DNA of 18,568 nucleotides from Archangiaceae bacterium (GCA_043750125.1 JAYVCD010000396.1:1-18568), one strand, 5' to 3'; shown: positions 9,060 through 16,579, counted from the stretch's first letter. Notes: generated from the sequence alone by a model not told the origin. A program made the numbers and translations.

Positions 9060-10711
9060 GGCAGGCTCACCCGGCGCATCGTGAAGTCATCGGTCTGGGT
9101 CAACCCGACGATCAGCTCGAGGATGTTGCCCCCCGAAGTGTTGAAGCGTTGGCGCAGCCGAAAGTTCGAGCAGGCGTCTTCGGGCTGCTCTTGCCGACCC
9201 GAGGTGAAACGGAACATCTGGGTCGCGAAGCAATTGCTCACCGTCTTGCTCTTTCCCAGCCGGGTGACGAGCTCGTAGCCATCACTCAAGGTGCCTTCCA
9301 GCTCGGGCTCCGACGTCCCGCGCAGCTCGCCCTGGGTGCTGACCGTGTGGCCCCCTTCGTCGACGGTGCGATTGCGCCCGACCGCGTCGATGTTCTCGAA
9401 CGGGCTGCCGAGGGGGTCGAGCTTCACGTGGCACGAGGCGCAGCTGGGGTTGGTCCGGTGCTGGGCCAGGCGGGCGGCCTGCGATTGGGTCTGATCAATC
9501 GGGCCGAGCGCAGGGACATTTCCGGGAGGCGCGCCGACCGGCTGGCACATCACCGCGGTGCGCAAGGTGAGCCCGCGTCGAACGATCGAGCTGCGGCTCT
9601 CGCGATCGCGCACCGCGAAGACGCCGCCCAACATCAACAAGCCTCCTCGCCTGCCCGGCCAACTGACCTTTTGAAACGCAGTGCCGGTGACTCCGGTGAG
9701 GCCGTAGTGGGTGGCCAGCGCGCCGTTGGCATACGTGTATTGCGCCTCGAGCAGCGTGCGCAGCGTGTGGTCTCCATCGAAGACCACGCCCTTCACGTAA
9801 GCCTGCGCTTCACGCTGAAACAGCTCGGCCAGGTTGGGGTCGAGGTTCGGGTAGAGCGCGGTGTCGCGCTTGAGGGCAGGCAGCCCATCGAGCCCGAGCC
9901 ATTGCTGGAAGAAGGTGTACGTGCGCTGGGCCTTCGCGTCCGCGAGCATTCGCCGCGCTTGCAGCTCGAGGTCCGCGTGGGTCGACAGCTTTCCGTCGGC
10001 CACCGCCTGCAGCAGCGCGACATCGGGCACCGACTGCCAGATCAAATAAGACAAGCGCGTCGCCAGCTCGAGCGGCTTCAGCGGCCGAACCGGGGGCTGC
10101 CCCACCGTGTCTAGCTCGACCCGATACAGAAAGCCGGGAGACTGAACGAAGGTGAACACCAGCCACGAAATCGCGGTGGGGAAGTCGTTGCCCTGGGTGC
10201 GTGCCGAGTCGTAGACCTTCTGGTAGGCGGCGGTTTCGTCCGGGTCGAGGGCGCGGCGGTAGAATTTCGCGCCGAAGCTCTGAATGAATTGGGCTGCGCA
10301 GGCCGCCTCGTTGCCGGTCGGGTTGCAGGGCAGCAGGGTGCTCAGCTGTTTGACCGCACTGGTGGCGAACTGTTCGGCCGCGTCCATGTATTGCTGCGCG
10401 AGCACGCTCTGCACGGTGTTGAACTCGGCGCTGTTCTTGAAACCCAGCGAAGTCGGGTCGGCGAGAAATCCGTTCACCTGCGTGTCGACCAGGGGATTCA
10501 TCGTCGGCTGGTTGAACAAGTCGTCGAGCGAGTACCGCAGCTCTTCGTGGCTCAGTCGCCGCATCGGAGCCGGCCCGACCACTACGGCGTTCGTGCAGGG
10601 ATCCCGATCGAGCCCGTCACCGCCGCCCGCGCCCACCCCATTGATTGGAACCGTGATCTGCCCATCGCAGGCGCACAACCCCAGCAGGCTGATCCAGACC
10701 CATCGCTTCAT
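9056..10711 (-). CDS. DUF1592/DUF1588/DUF1595/DUF1587/DUF1585 multidomain lipoprotein with one CxxCH heme-c-type motif
   Basis: ATG 10711 gives MKRWVWISLLGLCAC. Motifs: PMRRLSHEELRYSLDDL, SPGFLYRVE, ELATRLSYLIWQSVPD..LL, SSIVRRGL..R..VMCQ...PP, HRTNPSCASCH..LDPLG.PFENIDAVGR (CASCH at 9428-9442), CFATQMFRF..GR. ATGA overlap with the DUF1552 gene. Confidence 0.9.
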   Translation of the reverse strand: MKRWVWISLLGLCACDGQITVPINGVGAGGGDGLDRDPCTNAVVVGPAPMRRLSHEELRYSLDDLFNQPTMNPLVDTQVNGFLADPTSLGFKNSAEFNTVQSVLAQQYMDAAEQFATSAVKQLSTLLPCNPTGNEAACAAQFIQSFGAKFYRRALDPDETAAYQKVYDSARTQGNDFPTAISWLVFTFVQSPGFLYRVELDTVGQPPVRPLKPLELATRLSYLIWQSVPDVALLQAVADGKLSTHADLELQARRMLADAKAQRTYTFFQQWLGLDGLPALKRDTALYPNLDPNLAELFQREAQAYVKGVVFDGDHTLRTLLEAQYTYANGALATHYGLTGVTGTAFQKVSWPGRRGGLLMLGGVFAVRDRESRSSIVRRGLTLRTAVMCQPVGAPPGNVPALGPIDQTQSQAARLAQHRTNPSCASCHVKLDPLGSPFENIDAVGRNRTVDEGGHTVSTQGELRGTSEPELEGTLSDGYELVTRLGKSKTVSNCFATQMFRFTSGRQEQPEDACSNFRLRQRFNTSGGNILELIVGLTQTDDFTMRRVSLP

Positions 10712-10829
10712 CTCGGGCGCTGCTGTGCAATCCGCGTGCTTCAAAAACAGTCTGCAAGCGCTCGAAAGACTTCAGCATTGCTGGGCGGGGTCCTCGGGGA
10801 GCGTGGGGTCGCGCCCCCAGATTGGCTGG

Positions 10830-10851
10830 ACTGAGAACATGTGTGCTCAGT
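10830..10851. promoter_or_regulatory. 22-bp imperfect palindrome (operator or RNA hairpin) between the ligase stop and the DUF1592 operon
   Basis: ACTGAGAACATGTGTGCTCAGT has 9 of 11 Watson-Crick pairs. It contains GAAC-ATGT-GTGC, one mismatch from the GAAC-N4-GTTC motif. Confidence 0.35.
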
Positions 10852-10867
10852 GCGCCTTACACCGCCA

Positions 10868-12493
10868 TCAGCAACCGGGCTCACGAAGGCTCATCACCTT
10901 CAGGGCTCCGTCGGCCAACTGCTGGCGCAGAACCTTCTTGTCGATCTTCCCCACGCTGGTCTTCGGGACCGCGGGGATGAAGGTCCACAGCTCGGGCAAC
11001 CACCATTTCGCGAACCGTCCCACGAGGAAGTCACGCAGCGATTCTGCAGTCGCGGCCTGGCCGGCTTTCAAGACCACACAGGCCAGCGGGCGTTCTTGCC
11101 ATTTCTCGTCGGGCGCGGCGACCACTGCGGCTTCGAGCACGGAGGGGTGTTCAATCAACGCGTTTTCCAGCTGCACCGAGGAAATCCACTCGCCTCCCGA
11201 TTTGACGACGTCTTTTGATCGGTCGGTAATCCGGATGTAGCCGCGCTCGTCAATGGTCCCCACGTCACCGGTGCGCAGCCAGCCGTCGTGAAATTTTTCG
11301 GGCGCCGGGTCCCCGTAGTAGGCACCGGTGACCCACGGCCCCCGAAGCTCGAGTTCCCCGACCGCGGTCCCATTCCAGGCCAGCGTCTGCCCGGCTTCAC
11401 CCACCAGGCGAATCTCGGTTCCCGGAGCGATTCGACCGGTGGCCGAGCGGTACTTCATCTCTTCTTCCGCGGGGACGTCGCGCGGCACCGCTGCGGTGGC
11501 GACGAGCGGGCTGGTCTCGGTCAGGCCCCACGCTTGAAGCAGGCACAGTCCGAACTTGCTCTGAAACCGTTCGATCAAGATCCTCGGCACCGGAGCTCCG
11601 CCGCAAAGCACCATTCGCAACGACGAGACATCGAGCGGTTGGGTCTCGGCGAACTGCCACAACCCGTTCCAGATCGTCGGCACGCCCGCGGCCAGGGTGG
11701 GGCGCGCTTCGGCGATCAACTTCGCGAGGCGATCGGGCTGCATGAACCGGTCAGGAAAGATGAGATCGGCGCCGGTCATCCACGCGGCGTGGGGAAGCCC
11801 CCAACCGTTCGCGTGGAACATCGGAACAATCGGCAGCACGCGATCGCGATCAGAGATCCCCAGGCAGTTGCCGCCGCACAGCGCCATCGCGTGAAGGTAG
11901 GCAGACCGATGGCTGTAGACGACGCCCTTCGGATGTCCGGTGGTCCCGCTGGTGTAGCAGGCGATCGCCGCGTCGCGTTCGTCGCAGTCCGGGAACTCGG
12001 CCATCGGGGTCGCGCCGTCGAGCAACGCCGAGTAGGCGACGGCACCTTCCGGCAGCGGCTCGGTGCAAAGGCCCATCACCACCACCTGCTGCACGGTCTT
12101 CAGCATCGGAGCCACCGTGCGGTACAGCTCGAGCAGCGACGCGTCGACGAGCAGCACGCGATCTTCGGCGTGGTTCGCGATGTACGCGATGTCCTGGGCG
12201 CTGAGCCTCAAGTTCAAAGTGTGGAGCACCGCGCCCATCGCGGGGATGCCCAGGTAGGCCTCGAGGTGTTCCTGGGTGTTCCACCCGAGCGTCGCGACGC
12301 GATCGCCGCGCTTCACCCCGAGGCCTTTCAAACCACCCGCGAGCTTGCGCACGCGCACTGCGACTTCTGCGAACGTGGCGCAGCGTGTTCCTTCGGCAGT
12401 GGCGGTGACGACCTTGCTGCGGGGGTGAAGCTGCTCTGCGTGGTGGAACAAGAAAGCCAGGGACAACGGGAATTCCTGCATCGTGCTTTTCAT
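10868..12493 (-). CDS. Fatty acyl-CoA ligase (AMP-forming), AlkK-like subfamily
   Basis: AMP-binding YTSGTTGHPKGVVYSHRS, VPMFHANGWG, QAWGLTETSP, GWLRTGDVG, TDRSKDVVKSGGEWISSVQLEN, PKTSVGKIDKK. The N-terminus MKSTMQEFPL is typical of AlkK-like ligases. Confidence 0.93.
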   Translation of the reverse strand: MKSTMQEFPLSLAFLFHHAEQLHPRSKVVTATAEGTRCATFAEVAVRVRKLAGGLKGLGVKRGDRVATLGWNTQEHLEAYLGIPAMGAVLHTLNLRLSAQDIAYIANHAEDRVLLVDASLLELYRTVAPMLKTVQQVVVMGLCTEPLPEGAVAYSALLDGATPMAEFPDCDERDAAIACYTSGTTGHPKGVVYSHRSAYLHAMALCGGNCLGISDRDRVLPIVPMFHANGWGLPHAAWMTGADLIFPDRFMQPDRLAKLIAEARPTLAAGVPTIWNGLWQFAETQPLDVSSLRMVLCGGAPVPRILIERFQSKFGLCLLQAWGLTETSPLVATAAVPRDVPAEEEMKYRSATGRIAPGTEIRLVGEAGQTLAWNGTAVGELELRGPWVTGAYYGDPAPEKFHDGWLRTGDVGTIDERGYIRITDRSKDVVKSGGEWISSVQLENALIEHPSVLEAAVVAAPDEKWQERPLACVVLKAGQAATAESLRDFLVGRFAKWWLPELWTFIPAVPKTSVGKIDKKVLRQQLADGALKVMSLREPGC

Positions 12494-13302
12494 GATTTCC
12501 CCCGGGCCCGCGATTCACCCTGGCTGCGAAGAAACGGAATCAGCGCTGCGATCACCTTCTGCGGCTGGTCTGCCGGCGAGGCATGGCCCGAGTCTTCGAT
12601 CACGACGACCTGGGCATTTTGCAATCTTGCGGCGTAGTCGCGCTTCATCGCCACCGGGGTGTAGTCCCGATCGGAAGCGAGGATCAGCACCGGGCAGGAA
12701 ATTTCTGCCAGCCGATTCAGCACGGTCCAACCCATCAACCCGCGGGTCGACCTCAGATAGACGTCCGGATCATTGGCGCCGAGCCGATCGCCCAGCTCTG
12801 CGCGAAGGGCTTTTTGTTCGGGCTTGGGGAAGAGCCGCTTCACCACCCACTTCGCGAGCCGTCTGGGTCCGAGGGTGCGGGTGAGGAACAAGCGAAAGCC
12901 CAGGGCGAGCTTCATCTTCAAGGTGCGAGGCACCATGTCCGGGCCGCTGTTGACGATGGTGAGACTGCGGACGAGATCGGGCCGGGTGACGGCGAGCTGG
13001 AAAGCGATCATCCCGCCCATCGAAAGCCCGACCACGTGCAGCTTCTCGAGGTTCATCGCATCGCAGAGGGCGGCGATGTCGGCGGCAAAGAGAGCGACTC
13101 CATAGGCGCCGTCGGGCTTGTCGCTGCGTCCATGACCGCGGGTGTCGGGGACGATCAACCGGTAAGGCTCGGCTGCGAGTCCGGGAATCACGCGATCCCA
13201 ATCGGCTCCCGAGGAACCCAGCCCGTGAAGCATGAGGACCGGCTGTCCAGTGCCGAATTCGTCGACATGAAGGCGCACTGCGGGCAACGAGATGAGCGGC
13301 AT
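12490..13302 (-). CDS. Alpha/beta-fold hydrolase (esterase/lactonase-like, PcaD/CatD-like)
   Basis: LHGLGSS oxyanion region, PDTRGHGRSDKP, nucleophile GLSMGG, acid SDRD, catalytic SGHA. No signal peptide. ATGA overlap with the ligase. Confidence 0.9.
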   Translation of the reverse strand: MPLISLPAVRLHVDEFGTGQPVLMLHGLGSSGADWDRVIPGLAAEPYRLIVPDTRGHGRSDKPDGAYGVALFAADIAALCDAMNLEKLHVVGLSMGGMIAFQLAVTRPDLVRSLTIVNSGPDMVPRTLKMKLALGFRLFLTRTLGPRRLAKWVVKRLFPKPEQKALRAELGDRLGANDPDVYLRSTRGLMGWTVLNRLAEISCPVLILASDRDYTPVAMKRDYAARLQNAQVVVIEDSGHASPADQPQKVIAALIPFLRSQGESRARGKS

Positions 13303-13316
13303 GTCGGAGCTCTACA

Positions 13317-13328
13317 GAACAATCGTTC
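13317..13328. promoter_or_regulatory. Putative TetR operator 1 (GAAC-N4-GTTC)
   Basis: GAACAATCGTTC(A), about 15 nt upstream of the hydrolase ATG in the divergent intergenic region. Confidence 0.55.
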
Positions 13329-13385
13329 ACCTTGGTAGCGCCTTGTCATTGCGCCGCGCTGCGTGATAGTCAGCCGACGGAAGGC

Positions 13386-13397
13386 GAACAGTTGTTC
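13386..13397. promoter_or_regulatory. Putative TetR operator 2 (GAAC-N4-GTTC)
   Basis: GAACAGTTGTTC(A), immediately upstream of the tetR RBS (AGGAGG). Confidence 0.55.
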
Positions 13398-13416
13398 ATC
13401 GAGAGGAGGTCCTTCA

Positions 13417-14052
13417 ATGCGTTCGCCCAGTCGGTCGCAAGTGCGTGGAAATGTGCTGCCTCCGAAGCTGATGGAAGGAGCGCGCGGGCGGATGCTGAAG
13501 ATCTCGCTGCAGCTCTTCGCTCGGCAGGGCTTCCACGGGACGTCGGTGCGCGACATCACCAATGCTTTGGAGATTCAGCCGAGCGCGCTCTATGCGCATT
13601 TCGAGTCGAAGGAGGACCTTTTGGCGCAGCTGCTGTGCGGCGGCTACGAGTTCCACCACGAGACGTTGAGAGGGGCGGCGCTGGAGGCGGGGGCGAACCC
13701 GGTCGAACAGTTGCGGGCGCTGGTGCGCAGCAACGCGACCTTCCATGCGACGTACCCGGTGCTGGCGATCGTGCTCCACGAGGAATCGCACGTGCTGGAC
13801 CCGTCGCGGACGGAAGGGGCGCGGGTGCTGCGCGAGCAATCGGTAGCCTTGTTGTCGGACGTGGTCACCCGGGCCGTGGCGCAAGAGCGGTGCAAGACGG
13901 TGGACCTGGCGACGACGCTGGCGGCGGTTGGGGCGATGGCCATCCGGATCCCGTACTGGTTCTCAACGGCCTCCGGATTGAGCGTCGAGGAATTGGCGGA
14001 AGCGCAGGCGCAGCTGGCTCTGCGGATGCTTGGAATCAGCAACACCCGATGA
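13417..14052 (+). CDS. TetR/AcrR family transcriptional regulator (KstR2-like C-terminal domain)
   Basis: AGGAGG RBS 8 nt before ATG 13417. HTH LFARQGFHGTSVRDITNALEIQPSALYAHFESKEDLL. C-terminal region P.EQLRALVR...FH, IPYWF...G.LS.EELA. Confidence 0.92.
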   Translation: MRSPSRSQVRGNVLPPKLMEGARGRMLKISLQLFARQGFHGTSVRDITNALEIQPSALYAHFESKEDLLAQLLCGGYEFHHETLRGAALEAGANPVEQLRALVRSNATFHATYPVLAIVLHEESHVLDPSRTEGARVLREQSVALLSDVVTRAVAQERCKTVDLATTLAAVGAMAIRIPYWFSTASGLSVEELAEAQAQLALRMLGISNTR

Positions 14053-14075
14053 AGTCACGAAGCGGAGGTCACCCA

Positions 14076-15083
14076 ATGATGCTCAGAACCTGCCTGGTGT
14101 TGGCGTGTCTCACCGGAATTGCGTTGGGCTGTGGCGGGACTCAAAGCCCTCAAGCTGACGATTCCGGAATCGACGCGGGCAACGTCGACGCGGGCAACGT
14201 CGATGCGGGCAACGTCGATGCGGGCACCGTCGATGCGGGGAACATGGACGCGGGCACCGTCGATGCGGGCACCATCGATGCGGGCACCATCGATGCGGGG
14301 AACATGGACGCGGGCACCACCGATGCGGGCACTTTGTGCACTGTCACGGCGGCGAGGGTTTCCTGCAGCCATCGCAGCCTCTATGTCACCCTCCCGTTGG
14401 CACTTCCGCGCCAGGTGCATTTCCAGACCCCGGAGTACGCAGCGCCCGACGGGGGCCGTCCCACGGTGATCTTTTTCCAGGGGACGGGGGTCTCAGGGGA
14501 ATACGCGTTCGCGGCTGACAAGACTGCGCTGTTTGGCCAATACGACCTCGCGCGCACGGTGAAGGCCTTGTTGGACCAAGGGTACGTGGTGATCGCGCCG
14601 GAAGCCCAGAGCAATGGAACGACCGCGTGGCAGACCAACATTCCGCCGACGTCCTTCGCGTGGACGGGATCGGCCGATGATCAACTGGTGAAGGCGCTGT
14701 TCACGGAGATGACTTCGGGAAGCTTTGGCCCGGTGGATCCGAAGCGGCTGTACGCGATGGGGATTTCGAGCGGCGGCTACATGACGAGCCGCATGGCCGT
14801 GAGCTACCCGGGAAAGTTCCGGGCGTTGGCGGTGGCTTCGGCGTCGTACGCGACCTGCTCGTCGACGTGCACCATTCCCACTCTGCCCGCGAATCACCCG
14901 CCGACGCTGTTCCTTCATGGCCAGCTCGACCCGATCGTTCCGATTGCCACGATGTTGGATTACCGAGACCGGCTCAACGCGATCGGAATCGAGGTTCGTA
15001 CCGTCATTGATCCGAACGGAGGGCACGCCTGGTTGCCCTCTGGACCGCAAGACGTCACGTCCTGGTTCGGCTCACATCAGTAA
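14076..15083 (+). CDS. phaZ: Extracellular medium-chain-length polyhydroxyalkanoate depolymerase homolog, predicted lipoprotein with a DAG-repeat stalk
   Basis: GGAGGT RBS at 14064-14069 (alternative ATG 14049 overlaps the tetR stop). Signal peptide ending IALGC. Lipase box GISSG, as in the Pseudomonas fluorescens GK13 PHO depolymerase, followed by GYMTSRMAVSYPGKFRALAV.S.SYATC...LPANHPPTLFLHG..D..VP and GGHAW. From memory these track that enzyme closely. Ser-Asp spacing is 54 and Asp-His spacing is 32 residues. Confidence 0.8.
   Translation: MMLRTCLVLACLTGIALGCGGTQSPQADDSGIDAGNVDAGNVDAGNVDAGTVDAGNMDAGTVDAGTIDAGTIDAGNMDAGTTDAGTLCTVTAARVSCSHRSLYVTLPLALPRQVHFQTPEYAAPDGGRPTVIFFQGTGVSGEYAFAADKTALFGQYDLARTVKALLDQGYVVIAPEAQSNGTTAWQTNIPPTSFAWTGSADDQLVKALFTEMTSGSFGPVDPKRLYAMGISSGGYMTSRMAVSYPGKFRALAVASASYATCSSTCTIPTLPANHPPTLFLHGQLDPIVPIATMLDYRDRLNAIGIEVRTVIDPNGGHAWLPSGPQDVTSWFGSHQ
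14172..14333. repeat. 15-nt coding tandem repeat, 11 DAG units (DAG-N/T-V/I/M/T/L)
   Basis: GAYGCGGGS recurs every 15 nt from 14172 to 14322. Confidence 0.95.
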
Positions 15084-15241
15084 GAGCGCACGCGGGAGGT
15101 CGGCATCAGCGCGCCCGTCCGCCGCTGCAGACACTGCGAGGAGTTTCGGCGTCGCGGTCCGTGTGGTGCAGCGTCGGCCCGGAACATCGCAGGCCGGACC
15201 GGGGTGAGCGTTCGGCCGCCGCGCCGCCTTAGTCGAGAACA

Positions 15242-15673
15242 GTTGAGTCAAGCGAAGCGCCTCGAGTCTGCGAGGTTTTGCATTGCGGGCATTGGCGGGA
15301 AGAGCTGTTCTTTGAGGTGAGCCCAGTGCGTGTGGTTTGCGTTCGCTTTCCAGTGCGTTTTCGTAGGTTCTGGTGAGAACCACCCCCAGTGGTGCGGTTT
15401 ACCGTCGAGCCACGCGGGTAGCGTTCACCAGTGGGGGTAGTTCTCACCAGTGCCCCGACGAAAGCCAAAGTCTCGAACGAAGTTCGCGTCGGAGGCGCGG
15501 TGAGGCGATCTGATGCCTGGGTGCAGGAAGCGAACTCAAGCCGCGAGGAAGGCGTGATGAAGGAAACAGCATTTCCCGCCAATGCCCGCACTGCGAACCC
15601 GCGAACACCGAAGGGGTCGTCTCAGACTCGATCGTCCGCGCTGAACCGAGGGGGGCTCCAGGGTGGACTCAGC
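15242..15673. other. Non-coding element of nested inverted repeats (candidate structured ncRNA or non-autonomous mobile element)
   Basis: Outer arms 15271-15309 / 15565-15603 (33 of 39 WC pairs; perfect 18-bp core 15284-15301 / 15573-15590). Further pairs 15262-15270 / 15623-15631 (9 of 9) and 15244-15249 / 15666-15671. Inner hairpin 15370-15394 / 15426-15450 (23 of 25), extended by 15359-15364 / 15458-15463. Additional stem 15481-15487 / 15530-15536. Confidence 0.7.
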
Positions 15674-15695
15674 CCGAGCACGGTCGGGGCAAACA

Positions 15696-15828
15696 CATCG
15701 GACCCTCGACCGACCGTCGACTCCGCCCGAGAACGATCGCGGCACACGCATCGGACCCTCGAGCGACCGTCGACTCCGCCCGGGCACGCCCCTCACATCG
15801 GAGAATCGAGCGACCGTCGACTGACCCG
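15696..15828. repeat. Three 33-34 nt direct repeats (CATCGGACCCTCGASCGACCGTCGACTCCGCCCG)
   Basis: Copies at 15696-15729, 15749-15782 (1 difference) and a degenerate copy at 15796-15828. Spacers are 19 and 13 nt. Confidence 0.85.
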
Positions 15829-16225
15829 AGTGCCCGAGGGACATTGGGCAGCGATCGGCGGATACGCGCGCCACCAGGCGACGGAAGGAAGGTCGAGGGT
15901 GGGCTCGACGGGCTGTCCGAGCATCGGAGTGACGACCGAGACGCCCAGCTTCGCAGCCGAGGTGGTCAAGGTCTCTGCCGGCTCGAGCCAGGAATGCAGG
16001 CCGAGCTCGAAGGTCGCCCAGTGGATGGGGAATAAGCGACGGGCTCCGGGGCTTTGTGGGCGACGAGGGCGCCTTCGGGACCCAGGTGAATCTGTCCCCA
16101 GCTGGGGTGCCACTGTCTGATCTCGAGCAGGGCCACATCGAACGGACCGAACTGTTCTCCGATGGCCTTGAACGCATCGGTCATTCCGGTGTCGCCACTG
16201 AAATAGACGCGGTGCTCTTCGGTGC
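15793..16225 (-). pseudogene. MBL-fold metallo-hydrolase (RomA/NAPE-PLD-like) pseudogene: 5'-truncated and frameshifted
   Basis: Frame A reads RVYFSGDTG...FKAIGEQFGPFDVALLEI..WHPSWGQIHLGPEGALVAH. After a 1-nt deletion near 16048, frame B reads GARRLFPIHWATFELGLHSWLEPAETL...TPMLGQPVEP...WWR. The HxHxDH N-terminal half is absent. Confidence 0.85.
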
Positions 16226-16432
16226 AGTTGATGAGCGCTGAATTCGCGTCACAGCTGAAGAACGGTCCGTAGTTTTCGCTGAAGGACGGGCGGCCCAGGG
16301 CCAATCGCAACACACGATTGCGAAACGAGCCGCGAGACACCCGGGGTCGGGTTGCTGTGAAGACTTTGAGTTCAGCGCCGAGCTGTCGCCGCTCACCTTG
16401 GGCGTGCCCGTGACCACGCAGCTGCGCGTCGC

Positions 16433-16579
16433 TACGGAACCGTCACGGTCGTGCTGTGTGCGGCGAGCAACGGCACCCTCTACCGTTTCGATGACTCGAC
16501 CGGATCGACACTCACCGCGACCGCGATCGCAACGGTTCCCGCGGGAACCGTCTACCGCGGCCTCGCCTACTTGTTCTAA
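16433..16579 (+). pseudogene. C-terminal remnant of a secreted beta-rich protein
   Basis: GC3-rich codons read GTVTVVLCAASNGTLYRFDDSTGSTLTATAIATVPAGTVYRGLAYLF*. There is an upstream in-frame TGA at 16367 and no credible start. Confidence 0.45.

Noticed and set aside
10725-10742. Sigma-54 promoter upstream of the DUF1592 gene (minus strand AAGCACGCGGATTGC)
   Set aside because: Spacing and the -12 TTGC fit, but the essential -24 GG dinucleotide is absent.
196-13338. Numerous long antisense and alternate-frame ORFs (e.g. 196-1110, 3215-4312, 8211-9278, 11288-12637)
   Set aside because: Shadow ORFs expected in high-GC DNA. They overlap well-supported genes and have no recognisable motifs.
13315-13397. 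SOS (LexA) boxes
   Set aside because: They match the Firmicutes-type core but only partly match the Myxococcus LexA consensus as I recall it. The flanking genes are lipid-catabolic and a local TetR explains the sites better.
13332-14075. N-terminal 248 aa of the 583-aa ORF
   Set aside because: Off-frame overlap with tetR. The real gene starts at 14076 (or 14049) with its own RBS and signal peptide.
15242-15673. Complete retron or IS element
   Set aside because: No reverse transcriptase or transposase ORF is in the window and no target-site duplication was identified. Kept only as a hypothesis for the structured element.
15696-15828. CRISPR array
   Set aside because: Spacers are only 19 and 13 nt and unequal, there are only three units, and no cas genes are in the window.
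15072-16177. ORFs 15072-15383, 15229-15591, 15431-16120 and 15536-16177 as proteins
   Set aside because: No codon bias or motifs. The shared 'PANAR' peptide simply reflects the DNA inverted repeat.
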